A stretch of DNA of 64,000 bases from a candidate division WOR-3 bacterium (GTDB lineage Bacteria; Hydrothermota; Tepidihabitantia; SM23-42; JAOAFX01). The notes beneath the pieces were generated by a model. It made no database searches, was not told the DNA's origin, and was given only the letters and a program-made list of their open reading frames with translations. The stretch is taken from assembly GCA_037444665.1 (NCBI GenBank), contig JBBILZ010000002.1:1-64000 (forward strand), in the 5' to 3' direction. Of this stretch, positions 31,722 to 40,392 are shown in pieces (the stretch's first letter is position 1; each line of letters opens with the position of its first letter). A program made the translations under genes and the position numbers.

Positions 31722-32774
31722 TCAGGATTTTTCAAATTTAAGTTTTGTTATATAGGCTAATCCCGATACTATAGCAGAGCTGAATAAAAGTATCCGAAAA
31801 CCTAAAAGGGCAATCAAACCACCAATCAATGGACCTATGATACCGGATAAGCCAATTACTGAATTTAAGAATCCTGTGGCAGTTGCCTGTTCAAGATTAT
31901 TTTTTAATAAAAATTTTATTGAACCTAAATATAATGTTGCCCAGGAAAAACCGAGTAAAACCTGGAAAAATAGAATATAACGCCAGTGTGTCGCAATTCC
32001 ATAACCAAAAAATGTCAACGCTGAACTGAATATTCCCATCAGGATCAAAGTTTCGCTTTTCTTTTTTTCCATTAAAATCATAAAAATAAACTGGGCAAAA
32101 GGATTAATTGCATACATTAAACCAATTTGAAATTTAGTTGCGCCAAGTTGATACAGATATATCGGGAATATTGCCCATATTGCCTGGGCTGCGCTATGCC
32201 TGATAAAAAATGGCAGATAAACACGCAGGTTTTTACGGATTAACTGCAGCGGAAACAATGGAACATATATTTGTTTTTTCTCTTCTTTTATGAAAAAACC
32301 AAGTATAAAACCGATCAAACAGAATATTGCAGATGCCGAAAAGATTAAAAAATTTTTCTTTAAAACCCCGGGTAAGAAATTTCCAATTGTATAACCGAGC
32401 GAACCCAAACCTGAGAACAGACCCAAAGAACTGCCCCAGGCAAGTGCAGTAATTGAACCCGGTATCATACCAATACTTAAACCTGCAAGCCCACGAAATA
32501 GAAATGTCGTATTTAAATTATTTATAAAATTGTGACTGAACAGCACAACCATTGAGATAAAAAATCCAGCAATTATTATTTTTTTTCTTGAATACATATC
32601 ACCAAGCCTTCCGAATAATACAGACGAGAAAAAAAGTGTTCCATTATATAATACAAGGATTAGAGATATCAAAAATAGATTATCTGTATATTGGGCAGCA
32701 ATTAATGGAACAAAAATTGATGCAGTTATCCAGGATGCAGAATAACAAAAATTAAGAATATTTACAATATTCAG
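31722..32774 (-). CDS. MFS transporter (probable CTG start at 32774)
   Basis: GRLGDMYSRK motif A, many TMs; frame open upstream to a CTG 9 nt after GGAGG. Confidence 0.85.
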   Translation of the reverse strand: MNIVNILNFCYSASWITASIFVPLIAAQYTDNLFLISLILVLYNGTLFFSSVLFGRLGDMYSRKKIIIAGFFISMVVLFSHNFINNLNTTFLFRGLAGLSIGMIPGSITALAWGSSLGLFSGLGSLGYTIGNFLPGVLKKNFLIFSASAIFCLIGFILGFFIKEEKKQIYVPLFPLQLIRKNLRVYLPFFIRHSAAQAIWAIFPIYLYQLGATKFQIGLMYAINPFAQFIFMILMEKKKSETLILMGIFSSALTFFGYGIATHWRYILFFQVLLGFSWATLYLGSIKFLLKNNLEQATATGFLNSVIGLSGIIGPLIGGLIALLGFRILLFSSAIVSGLAYITKLKFEKS

Positions 32775-32776
32775 TT

Positions 32777-33325
32777 TTAGACGCCTCCCAACTTGGTCAA
32801 TGGAACATTGCTTTTACAAAGTGGGCACGCCTCGGGCTGGAAATTTTCTACTTCTTTTTTATAAAGTGATTGGTATGCAAAAGCCATTTTTGAAGAACTC
32901 CGGTCAATGAGCACAACAATGCCAATAATGTTACCATTCTTTTCCTTTACTGCCTCAATGGTTTCATTAAGTGATTTACCGGTTGTAAGCACATCGTCCA
33001 CTATAAGAATATTTTTGCCGGAAATATTGAAACCGCGAGCAACAACCATTTTGCCTTCTCGTTCCTCAGCAAATCCTGCATTGCACTGCAGTTGTCGCGC
33101 AGTTTCAAATGCGATGATAATACCACCCGTGGTCGGTCCAACCACCCAGTCAACCTTTTTATCTCTAAATCTATCAGCAATTATTGTGCATAGTTTACTC
33201 GTTATTTCAGGATTCTCTAAGATCCGGAATTTTTCAAAGTAATATTTGCTGTGTAATCCTGAATTCAATACAAAATGTCCTTCTAAAAGGACCTTATATT
33301 TTCGTAGTATCTCTTCAACCTGCAT
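32777..33325 (-). CDS. pyrE: Orotate phosphoribosyltransferase
   Basis: GHFVLNSGLHS, IVDDVLTTGKS PRPP motif; start ATG 33325. Confidence 0.95.
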   Translation of the reverse strand: MQVEEILRKYKVLLEGHFVLNSGLHSKYYFEKFRILENPEITSKLCTIIADRFRDKKVDWVVGPTTGGIIIAFETARQLQCNAGFAEEREGKMVVARGFNISGKNILIVDDVLTTGKSLNETIEAVKEKNGNIIGIVVLIDRSSSKMAFAYQSLYKKEVENFQPEACPLCKSNVPLTKLGGV

Positions 33326-34034
33326 CTTCCATCTCCTTAATAATCTTTTTTGCAGACTGCAAAGGGTCTTTTGCCGCCACAATGGGTCTACCCACAACAA
33401 TATAGTCTGCACCTGCTTTTATTGCCTGACCCGCAGTCATTGTCCTTGCCTGGTCATCTACTGCCTCACCTTCTGGTCTGATACCTGGTGTAACAATCAA
33501 AAAATCCTTTCCACAGTTCTGTCTTATTCTGTCTATCTCATGCGGTGATGCAACAACCCCATCAAGCCCGGCACTCTGGGCAAGTCGTGCAAGGAACATA
33601 ACCTGTTCTTCAATGGTCCTTTTAATATCTCCAAACAGATCCTTAAAATAGGCTTCATCAATACTCGTCAAAACAGTGATGCCAAGCAATTTTGGTCGCG
33701 GTATCTTTTTTACATCAGAAATTAGTGAAACTGCCTTTACTGCCTCTTCCATCATCATAAAGCCACCATTGATATGGAGGGTCAACAGGTCAACGCCCAT
33801 TGCCATTGCTCCTTCACAGGCACGCGCAACTGTATTAGGAATATCATGATATTTTAAATCCAGCATCACTTTCAACCCTCTATCTTTTAAGAATTTTACC
33901 ACTTCTGGTCCAAAATAAGTAAATGGTATTGCGCCAATTTTGTAGTATTTCACTACACTATGTAGTTTATCAACAATCAATTTAATTTTATTTATGTCAT
34001 TCAAATCAAGTGCCACAATCAATTTTTCTTGCAT
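33315..34034 (-). CDS. pyrF: Orotidine-5'-phosphate decarboxylase
   Basis: IVALD, DLKYHDIPNTV, VTPGIRP, VVGRPI. Confidence 0.97.
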   Translation of the reverse strand: MQEKLIVALDLNDINKIKLIVDKLHSVVKYYKIGAIPFTYFGPEVVKFLKDRGLKVMLDLKYHDIPNTVARACEGAMAMGVDLLTLHINGGFMMMEEAVKAVSLISDVKKIPRPKLLGITVLTSIDEAYFKDLFGDIKRTIEEQVMFLARLAQSAGLDGVVASPHEIDRIRQNCGKDFLIVTPGIRPEGEAVDDQARTMTAGQAIKAGADYIVVGRPIVAAKDPLQSAKKIIKEMEDAG

Positions 34035-34894
34035 TGTTGCTCCTTTAAATTTATATTTAAATCAAATTTATTCATCCACATTTTGAATTCTTTTATAATT
34101 TTTAGCGGTGCATATGGATCACGCAAAACCGCAGTGCCGATAGCCACTGCTGAAGCACCAGCAAGCAGAAATTCACAAACATCCTTTCCGGTCATAATAC
34201 CACCCATTCCAATTATCGGCACCTTTAAATCTTTTAATTTGTGCACACAATATAATGCAAACGGTTTTATTGCCGGGCCAGAGAGTCCACCAGTAATAAT
34301 TGGCTTCTTGCTTATCACATTAAATGCCATTCCATAAAGTGTATTTATCAAAGAAATACCGTCTGCACCGGCATCAATGCAGGCTTTAGCTATAATCAGT
34401 GGGTCGCAAAAGTTTGCGGTCAGTTTCACAATCACGGGAAGTCTGGTTCTCTTCCTCACCATTTTAACAATTTTACCGACTGTTTCAGGATTCTGGCCAA
34501 ATAATACTCCCCCTTCCTTCACATTGGGGCAGGAAACATTCAATTCAAATCCAGTGACCCTATCTCCAATATCTTCAACAATCCTCACATATTCTTCTAT
34601 TGTAAATCCCGCAACATTCACAAATATTCTATTATTTATCTTTTTAATCTCGGGTAAAATTTTGCTACAAAATTCTTTTACACCGGGATTTTCCAGACCT
34701 ACAGAATTTATAATACCACAGGCTGTTTCATAGATTCTTGGCGGTGGATTGCCTGACCTCGGCAATAGTGTAATGCCTTTGGTAAATATTGCACCCACAC
34801 TCTTTGTAACCGTTCTATATTTCAAACCAAAACCAAATACACCCGAGGCGAGAAAGACCGGGTTTTTGAATTTTATTCCAAAAAGTTCAATCAT
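34019..34894 (-). CDS. pyrD: Dihydroorotate dehydrogenase B, catalytic subunit
   Basis: NPVFLASG, GNPPPR, NSVGLENPG, ELNVSCPN, GGLSGPAIKP. Confidence 0.95.
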   Translation of the reverse strand: MIELFGIKFKNPVFLASGVFGFGLKYRTVTKSVGAIFTKGITLLPRSGNPPPRIYETACGIINSVGLENPGVKEFCSKILPEIKKINNRIFVNVAGFTIEEYVRIVEDIGDRVTGFELNVSCPNVKEGGVLFGQNPETVGKIVKMVRKRTRLPVIVKLTANFCDPLIIAKACIDAGADGISLINTLYGMAFNVISKKPIITGGLSGPAIKPFALYCVHKLKDLKVPIIGMGGIMTGKDVCEFLLAGASAVAIGTAVLRDPYAPLKIIKEFKMWMNKFDLNINLKEQQCKKN

Positions 34895-34914
34895 TAAATC
34901 TCACCAATGCCGGT

Positions 34915-35048
34915 CAAATTCTAAATTCGAAATCCTAATTTCTAAATAAATTCTGATTATCCAATTTTCTAATTTCTCAAACAGTTTAAAATATTGGAAT
35001 TTCGTATTTAGATATTGTTTCGGATTTCGTGCTTCGGATTTAGGATTT
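34915..35048. repeat. Heptamer-based inverted-repeat element (AAATTC(G/T)A ... TT(C/A)GGATTT)
   Basis: Degenerate 7-mer arrays facing each other; core 34956-35002 matches the reverse complement of 37073-37119 at 45/47. Confidence 0.85.
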
Positions 35049-35795
35049 TTATGCATTAAATTCTATCCCCTTCAACTCAAATACTGGACCATCCTCACAA
35101 ATCCGTTTGTATTCACCATAGTATTCTATTGCACAGCCCAGGCACAGACCACAACCGCAACCAAGAAAATCCTCACAAAAGGCATAGACCGGTATATTCA
35201 AATCCATCAATTTTAACTCTTTAAGCATCTGCTTTGGTCCGCAGGCATAACAGATTTCATATTTTTTCAGGTCTATCTCTTTTAATGCAGAAAGCGCCGT
35301 CCCTTTTTTTTTGTTTCCGTATTCAGTTATAAAAATGGATTCGCGGGCAAGTTCGGCAATCTCTTTTTTCAATACAATATCTTCTGGATATTTTGCTCCG
35401 TAGATAAAAGTGAAATCTATTTTACGATTATGTAGCACCTGTGCAAGATAGTAGAGTGGCGCAACACCAATCCCACCCGCAACAAGAATACTTTTCCTGT
35501 TTCTAATCTTTATCTTGTTTCCGAATGGTCCCAATATTACGAGTTCGTCTCCCTTCTCTTTTCTGCTTAAAATCTCTGTGCCTTTACCCACGACCTTAAT
35601 AATCATTAGCACCCTGTTTTTTTTGTAGGAAGCAATACTTATTGGACGATTCAAGATAGGGTCATAAGAATCATTAGCCTGCACCTGGAAAAACTGTCCT
35701 GGTTCTGGCGCAATCCCCTTTAAATAGAATTCAAAAGAAAAAATATCTGAACTGAGCCATTCTTTTTCAATTATTTTTACCCGATGACTAATCAT
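35049..35795 (-). CDS. pyrK: Dihydroorotate dehydrogenase electron transfer subunit
   Basis: PGQF, RPISI, GPFG, AGGIGVAP, ACGP, CGCGLCLGC, ICEDGPVF. Confidence 0.93.
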   Translation of the reverse strand: MISHRVKIIEKEWLSSDIFSFEFYLKGIAPEPGQFFQVQANDSYDPILNRPISIASYKKNRVLMIIKVVGKGTEILSRKEKGDELVILGPFGNKIKIRNRKSILVAGGIGVAPLYYLAQVLHNRKIDFTFIYGAKYPEDIVLKKEIAELARESIFITEYGNKKKGTALSALKEIDLKKYEICYACGPKQMLKELKLMDLNIPVYAFCEDFLGCGCGLCLGCAIEYYGEYKRICEDGPVFELKGIEFNA

Positions 35796-37212
35796 TTTTT
35801 GACGCCAGTAATTTTAAGGCGCTATTGGTATATTCAGTATTCGGATAATCTTTTATTAATTTCTCAGCCAGATACTGGGCAATGCTGTCCTGCTTTAGAA
35901 TCATCTTGTTTATCCAGAAATTTGCATACAACGCCTTGGCAGATAATTCGCTTTTCGGATAATCCTTATAGACATTTTCATAATATTCCATCGCCTTTGG
36001 AATATCCTTTAACTCTATAAAATATAATTCGCCAAGGGCAAACTGTGCTTTATCAATATCTTCGGTCTTGCTTGACAACTCAACAATCTTTCTCAATATC
36101 CCGACACGCACTTTAGCCTTTGTTAATAGTTCACCCGTTGCCCTGGTGCACAGAGTATCATAGTATCCAATTGCCAGTTCAAGACTATCTTCTTTCTCTG
36201 CAATCTGAGCAAGTTCATAGAATGCCTTTGCTGAATATTCCTGTATTGGGCTCTCCTTTACCTCCACATATATCTGTTTCGCATCTTCAATATTATTCGT
36301 GCGCACATTGAGATTTGCAAGGATTAAACGGAATTCAGGGTCATATTCGTTTTCAAGAAATTCTTTGCATTTCTCATATTGGTTCATCTCAAGGTAAATA
36401 TCAGCCATACGCAATTTTATTTTTTTCTTTTCATCTGTATTTTGTGCCACAAGCGCAATACTATTTAATGTTTTCAGTGCGGATTCATAGTCCTTCAGGG
36501 CATACTCTGCTTCACTTAAAATATTCAAAATCATCATCTTCTCTTTTCTGCTCAGTTTCTCTTTGAGCAATAGATTGGCAGTAGTAATAAGTTCCTGATA
36601 ATTATGGTCGCGATAATAGGTATAACAGAGCATCACATTGGCACGCTTTTTAAAATATTTAAATCTTCCTGCTTCTTTGAAGGCAATTATTGCTCTATTA
36701 ATCTTCTCTGATTTGTAGTATGCGAGACCAGTGTAATACATTGCATCATCATAGAATTTTGAGCCGGGAAAATTGGTGGTAAGGAATTCAAGTTTTTCCA
36801 GAGCACGGGCATAGTCACCTTTATAATAATAAGAGACGCCCATCATAAAAAGGGCATCGTCTATATAGCGCGATTCTGGATATTTGACAATAACTGAGGC
36901 ACATTTCTCAATTGTCTTGTCAAAGTATTCTGAATCAGTCTTCAGTGTATCATTTGTGACCAGTTTCATTCCCTGATTATAATAGTTCTGGGCATTATAG
37001 AAGGTATTGAAATAGGCACAATTGGTTAGCAAGGCTAACAGGACAAACCCCAATATCCAATTTCTAAATTCAAAATTCCAATATTTCAAACTGTCTGAGA
37101 AATTAGAAAATTGGATAATTGGAATTTGTTTCTCTGCCTGAGGCAGATCCGCCTTTGGCGGAGGATTTCTGATTTCTGATTTCGGATTTATATTTTTTAG
37201 GTATTTAGGCAT
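35788..37212 (-). CDS. TPR lipoprotein with repeat-derived N-terminus (start uncertain)
   Basis: LLTNC lipobox followed by AYFNTFYNA and many TPRs; 5' region overlaps a heptamer repeat element. Confidence 0.85.
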   Translation of the reverse strand: MPKYLKNINPKSEIRNPPPKADLPQAEKQIPIIQFSNFSDSLKYWNFEFRNWILGFVLLALLTNCAYFNTFYNAQNYYNQGMKLVTNDTLKTDSEYFDKTIEKCASVIVKYPESRYIDDALFMMGVSYYYKGDYARALEKLEFLTTNFPGSKFYDDAMYYTGLAYYKSEKINRAIIAFKEAGRFKYFKKRANVMLCYTYYRDHNYQELITTANLLLKEKLSRKEKMMILNILSEAEYALKDYESALKTLNSIALVAQNTDEKKKIKLRMADIYLEMNQYEKCKEFLENEYDPEFRLILANLNVRTNNIEDAKQIYVEVKESPIQEYSAKAFYELAQIAEKEDSLELAIGYYDTLCTRATGELLTKAKVRVGILRKIVELSSKTEDIDKAQFALGELYFIELKDIPKAMEYYENVYKDYPKSELSAKALYANFWINKMILKQDSIAQYLAEKLIKDYPNTEYTNSALKLLASKND

Positions 37213-37231
37213 TTTGGACTTTTAGGCATTT

Positions 37232-38659
37232 TCACTTTGCTATGCCAACCTGCACATCCCTGAACCTTGCTGGAACAGTCCCATGACCTACAAACATTGT
37301 CTGACCAGGCTCTCCTTTACCACAATTGGGCACACCATATAAATGCCAGTAATCTTTATTGGCGATGGCATCACACTTATTCCAGAATTGTGGTGTAATA
37401 TCTGCATAGGTTGGATTTTTATAGATTTCGGTCAACTTTCCATTTTCAATTCGCCGCGCCAGTTCGCAACCAAACTGGAAATTTAATCTCTTATCATCAA
37501 TTGACCAGGATTTATTTGTCGTCATAAATATACCATCTTTTGTATCCGCAATCATGTCTTCCAATTTCCAATCACCCGGAACAAGGTTAATATTCGTCAT
37601 CCTGATCAATGGAATTCTGTTCCAGCCATCTGCACGCATATTACCGCTGGACTGTGCATTGACCACTGTTGCGGTTTCCCGTGAACTCTGATAGCCGACA
37701 AAGATTCCTTGTTTTATCAGATAGACCTTCTGCGCAGGAACACCTTCATCATCCCAGCCAAATGTTCCAAGCCCGCCAGGGACCGTTGCGTCTGCCACAA
37801 TGTTTACTATACCAGAGCCATATTTGAGACTATTCAATTTTTCCGGTGTCATAAATGAAGTGCCCGCATAAGATGCCTCTGTGCCCAGAACCCTATCAAG
37901 TTCTGTTGGATGGCCGCACGACTCATGGACCTGCAAAACCATCTGATTAGAATCAAGGATAATTGTGGTCTTCATAGAAGGACATGGTTTTGCACTAAGG
38001 AGTAATAAGACCTCCTCTTTTACACGCTCGGCATTATCAATCAAATTTAAATTCGTTATAAATTCATATCCTGCCTGTCCATAATCATCGTATGACCTTA
38101 TCTGAAGCTCGCCTTTATCCATTGCATAAGCCTTTATACCACCGCCAGAATAGGTAAATTCCTGGACAATATCAGAACCTTCGGTTGAGAGAAAGTGAAC
38201 TTTTATATGCCGGAACGACATAAAGGCAACTCTCGTTTTTATACGCTCATCACTGGAGAGCATTCTATCGCATTTGAGTAAAAGGTCAATCTTTTTACTC
38301 AATTCTACCTTAAATGGATCATTCTGGACCAGTGATTTATAAGACCCTTTTTGTGGTGCAAGCTGTGACAGGACCACTGGATTTCCTTTTATCCGGGCAG
38401 ATGCCTGGGCAATCAAAAGGGCATTCTTTGTAACACGATTGGTTTCTTTTGGATTCAAAAGATTTGATGAAGAAAATCCCCAGGCATTATCCTTGAGCAG
38501 GCGTACACCAAAGCCCATATCAAAATTGTGTGTGAGTGCTTCAATAATGCCATTCTTTACCATTATTGTTTCGGATTCCTCCTGCACAAAACGGACATCT
38601 CCATAGCTGACCTTTTTTAATTTCAAAGTATCAATGATTTTCTTCAGTAATTTATCCAT
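37232..38659 (-). CDS. tldD: TldD/PmbA family metalloprotease
   Basis: GFGVR, HESCGHPTELDR, DDEGV, RMTN, CGKGEPGQ. Confidence 0.93.
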   Translation of the reverse strand: MDKLLKKIIDTLKLKKVSYGDVRFVQEESETIMVKNGIIEALTHNFDMGFGVRLLKDNAWGFSSSNLLNPKETNRVTKNALLIAQASARIKGNPVVLSQLAPQKGSYKSLVQNDPFKVELSKKIDLLLKCDRMLSSDERIKTRVAFMSFRHIKVHFLSTEGSDIVQEFTYSGGGIKAYAMDKGELQIRSYDDYGQAGYEFITNLNLIDNAERVKEEVLLLLSAKPCPSMKTTIILDSNQMVLQVHESCGHPTELDRVLGTEASYAGTSFMTPEKLNSLKYGSGIVNIVADATVPGGLGTFGWDDEGVPAQKVYLIKQGIFVGYQSSRETATVVNAQSSGNMRADGWNRIPLIRMTNINLVPGDWKLEDMIADTKDGIFMTTNKSWSIDDKRLNFQFGCELARRIENGKLTEIYKNPTYADITPQFWNKCDAIANKDYWHLYGVPNCGKGEPGQTMFVGHGTVPARFRDVQVGIAK

Positions 38660-38774
38660 TTCAACTCCTGTAATTTAACTATAATCAAATTTACCTTTAT
38701 AGTCAAGGGTTACTTTACTAAACCCAAGAAGGCAGAAGCACGAAGAAGAATGAAAAAGGGAAAAAAGTATAATA

Positions 38775-39080
38775 AAGGGTTATCAAGGGGTATCATGGGG
38801 AATAAAGGGGAATCAGGGGATGTAAAAAGAATTGAAGCTACGGGGATACGAAGTTGTGTGGATGCGAGGATAAGTGGATTTGAAGTTGAGTGGTTGCGTG
38901 GATAGGAGGAAATAAGTATGTAGTATGTAGTAGGTAGTAGATAGAAGAAAACAGAAACAGAAAGGTCAGAGAAACCAAATAGACCAAAAAGACTAAATAG
39001 ACCAGAGAAATCCAGTATCCAGTATCAAGGAAACATCCATGCCCTATAACCATACTGGCTGCTATGCCCTCTAACCATTG
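38775..39080 (+). repeat. Mosaic intergenic repeat element
   Basis: Colinear with 14535-15020 across the 10-mer, 8-mer, 7-mer, 9-mer, 7-mer and terminal modules. Confidence 0.9.
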
Positions 39081-39119
39081 CCAATCGGGCGAATGCAGTT
39101 TCAAAGGAACTTAGTGTTA

Positions 39120-40379
39120 TTAAGATTTAACCGGTAGTTTAATATTAAATTCAGTTCCCTGGTCTATGCGGGAATGCACCGTTATTACGCCATTATGCAA
39201 CTCAATGACCTTTTTTACAAATGCTAATCCCAGACCTGTTCCGCCCTCTTTGTTTGAATAGAACGGACTAAAAATATTTTTTAAGTTATCTTCAGAGATT
39301 CCTTTTCCTGTATCAGAAATAGAAATCATTACAGAATCCGTTTCGCTCATAGTGGAAATTTTAATCTTGCCTTTTGTGGTAATTGCTTCTACACTATTCT
39401 TTAAAATATTGATTATCGCACTGAGCAATAGTTCATAATCCGCATAGATTTTATCCTGGTATTTATAATCATTCTCCAGAGTAATATACTCGGGGATATC
39501 AACCTTTTTTACTGCTTCAGTTAATAAATCATTGAGCAAAAATTCGTTTTTCATTAATTTTATAGGTCGGGCATATTCTAAGAGACTGGCAATCAGACCT
39601 TCCATAATATTACATTCTTTAAGAATATCTTCCGGGTCTTTTTTACCCTTTTGGATCAATCGTGTTAATCCTGTAATCGTTGCCAGTGAATTTCTGAATT
39701 CATGTGCAATATACGCAGAAAATTCCAAAACTTCTTTCTCTTTACTCTTCAGTTTATCAAAGATTTCATTAAATGTTGCAGAGACAAAATCTTCCTTTTG
39801 CATCTCAATGCCGAACCTTTGTGCAACCCTTGCTACATAGCGCATAGGTAGAAAAAGGTCTCTGATAAGAAAAAAACCAAGGAATGAAATCAAGATTAAA
39901 GAAAGGGTAATATAAATTAGATGCCAGCGAAATAGATTCTCTGTTGTAAAATACCCCGGACAATTGAATAAAAATAAAAAAAAGTCTGGTTCTAAATTGT
40001 GATAAACAAGGTTATTGCCCTGCTTAACAATTTTACCCGGTTCAGGCAAACTGCGGAACATTTTGATATTGTCCTGAGTAATCCCTGGTACTTTAATAAA
40101 TGAATCATAGATTTTATTGCCGTTTGAATCTGCAATCACAATATTCCCAATATTAAATGCTTCCATTAATGGTTTTATAAACTTCTCTTTGTCCGGGTCA
40201 TTAAGATAAATACTACAAACTCTCGCTAAGGAACTTACCTGCCCCTGATAAGTATTAATAAATAATGTTCTCAAGGTATTCGTGACATATAAATTGACTA
40301 TTGCGAGAAATATTATCAGGCAAATAAAAATGATAGCAATGAGTGCAATGTTTTGTGGGTATGAACTTTTTTTTGCCAT
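39120..40379 (-). CDS. Membrane sensor histidine kinase (NtrB/PilS-like H box)
   Basis: Two TMs, AHEFRNSL, NILKNSVEA, DTGKGI, FSPFYSNK, GTGLGL. Confidence 0.92.
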   Translation of the reverse strand: MAKKSSYPQNIALIAIIFICLIIFLAIVNLYVTNTLRTLFINTYQGQVSSLARVCSIYLNDPDKEKFIKPLMEAFNIGNIVIADSNGNKIYDSFIKVPGITQDNIKMFRSLPEPGKIVKQGNNLVYHNLEPDFFLFLFNCPGYFTTENLFRWHLIYITLSLILISFLGFFLIRDLFLPMRYVARVAQRFGIEMQKEDFVSATFNEIFDKLKSKEKEVLEFSAYIAHEFRNSLATITGLTRLIQKGKKDPEDILKECNIMEGLIASLLEYARPIKLMKNEFLLNDLLTEAVKKVDIPEYITLENDYKYQDKIYADYELLLSAIINILKNSVEAITTKGKIKISTMSETDSVMISISDTGKGISEDNLKNIFSPFYSNKEGGTGLGLAFVKKVIELHNGVITVHSRIDQGTEFNIKLPVKS

Positions 40380-40392
40380 TTGGATTTTTAGA

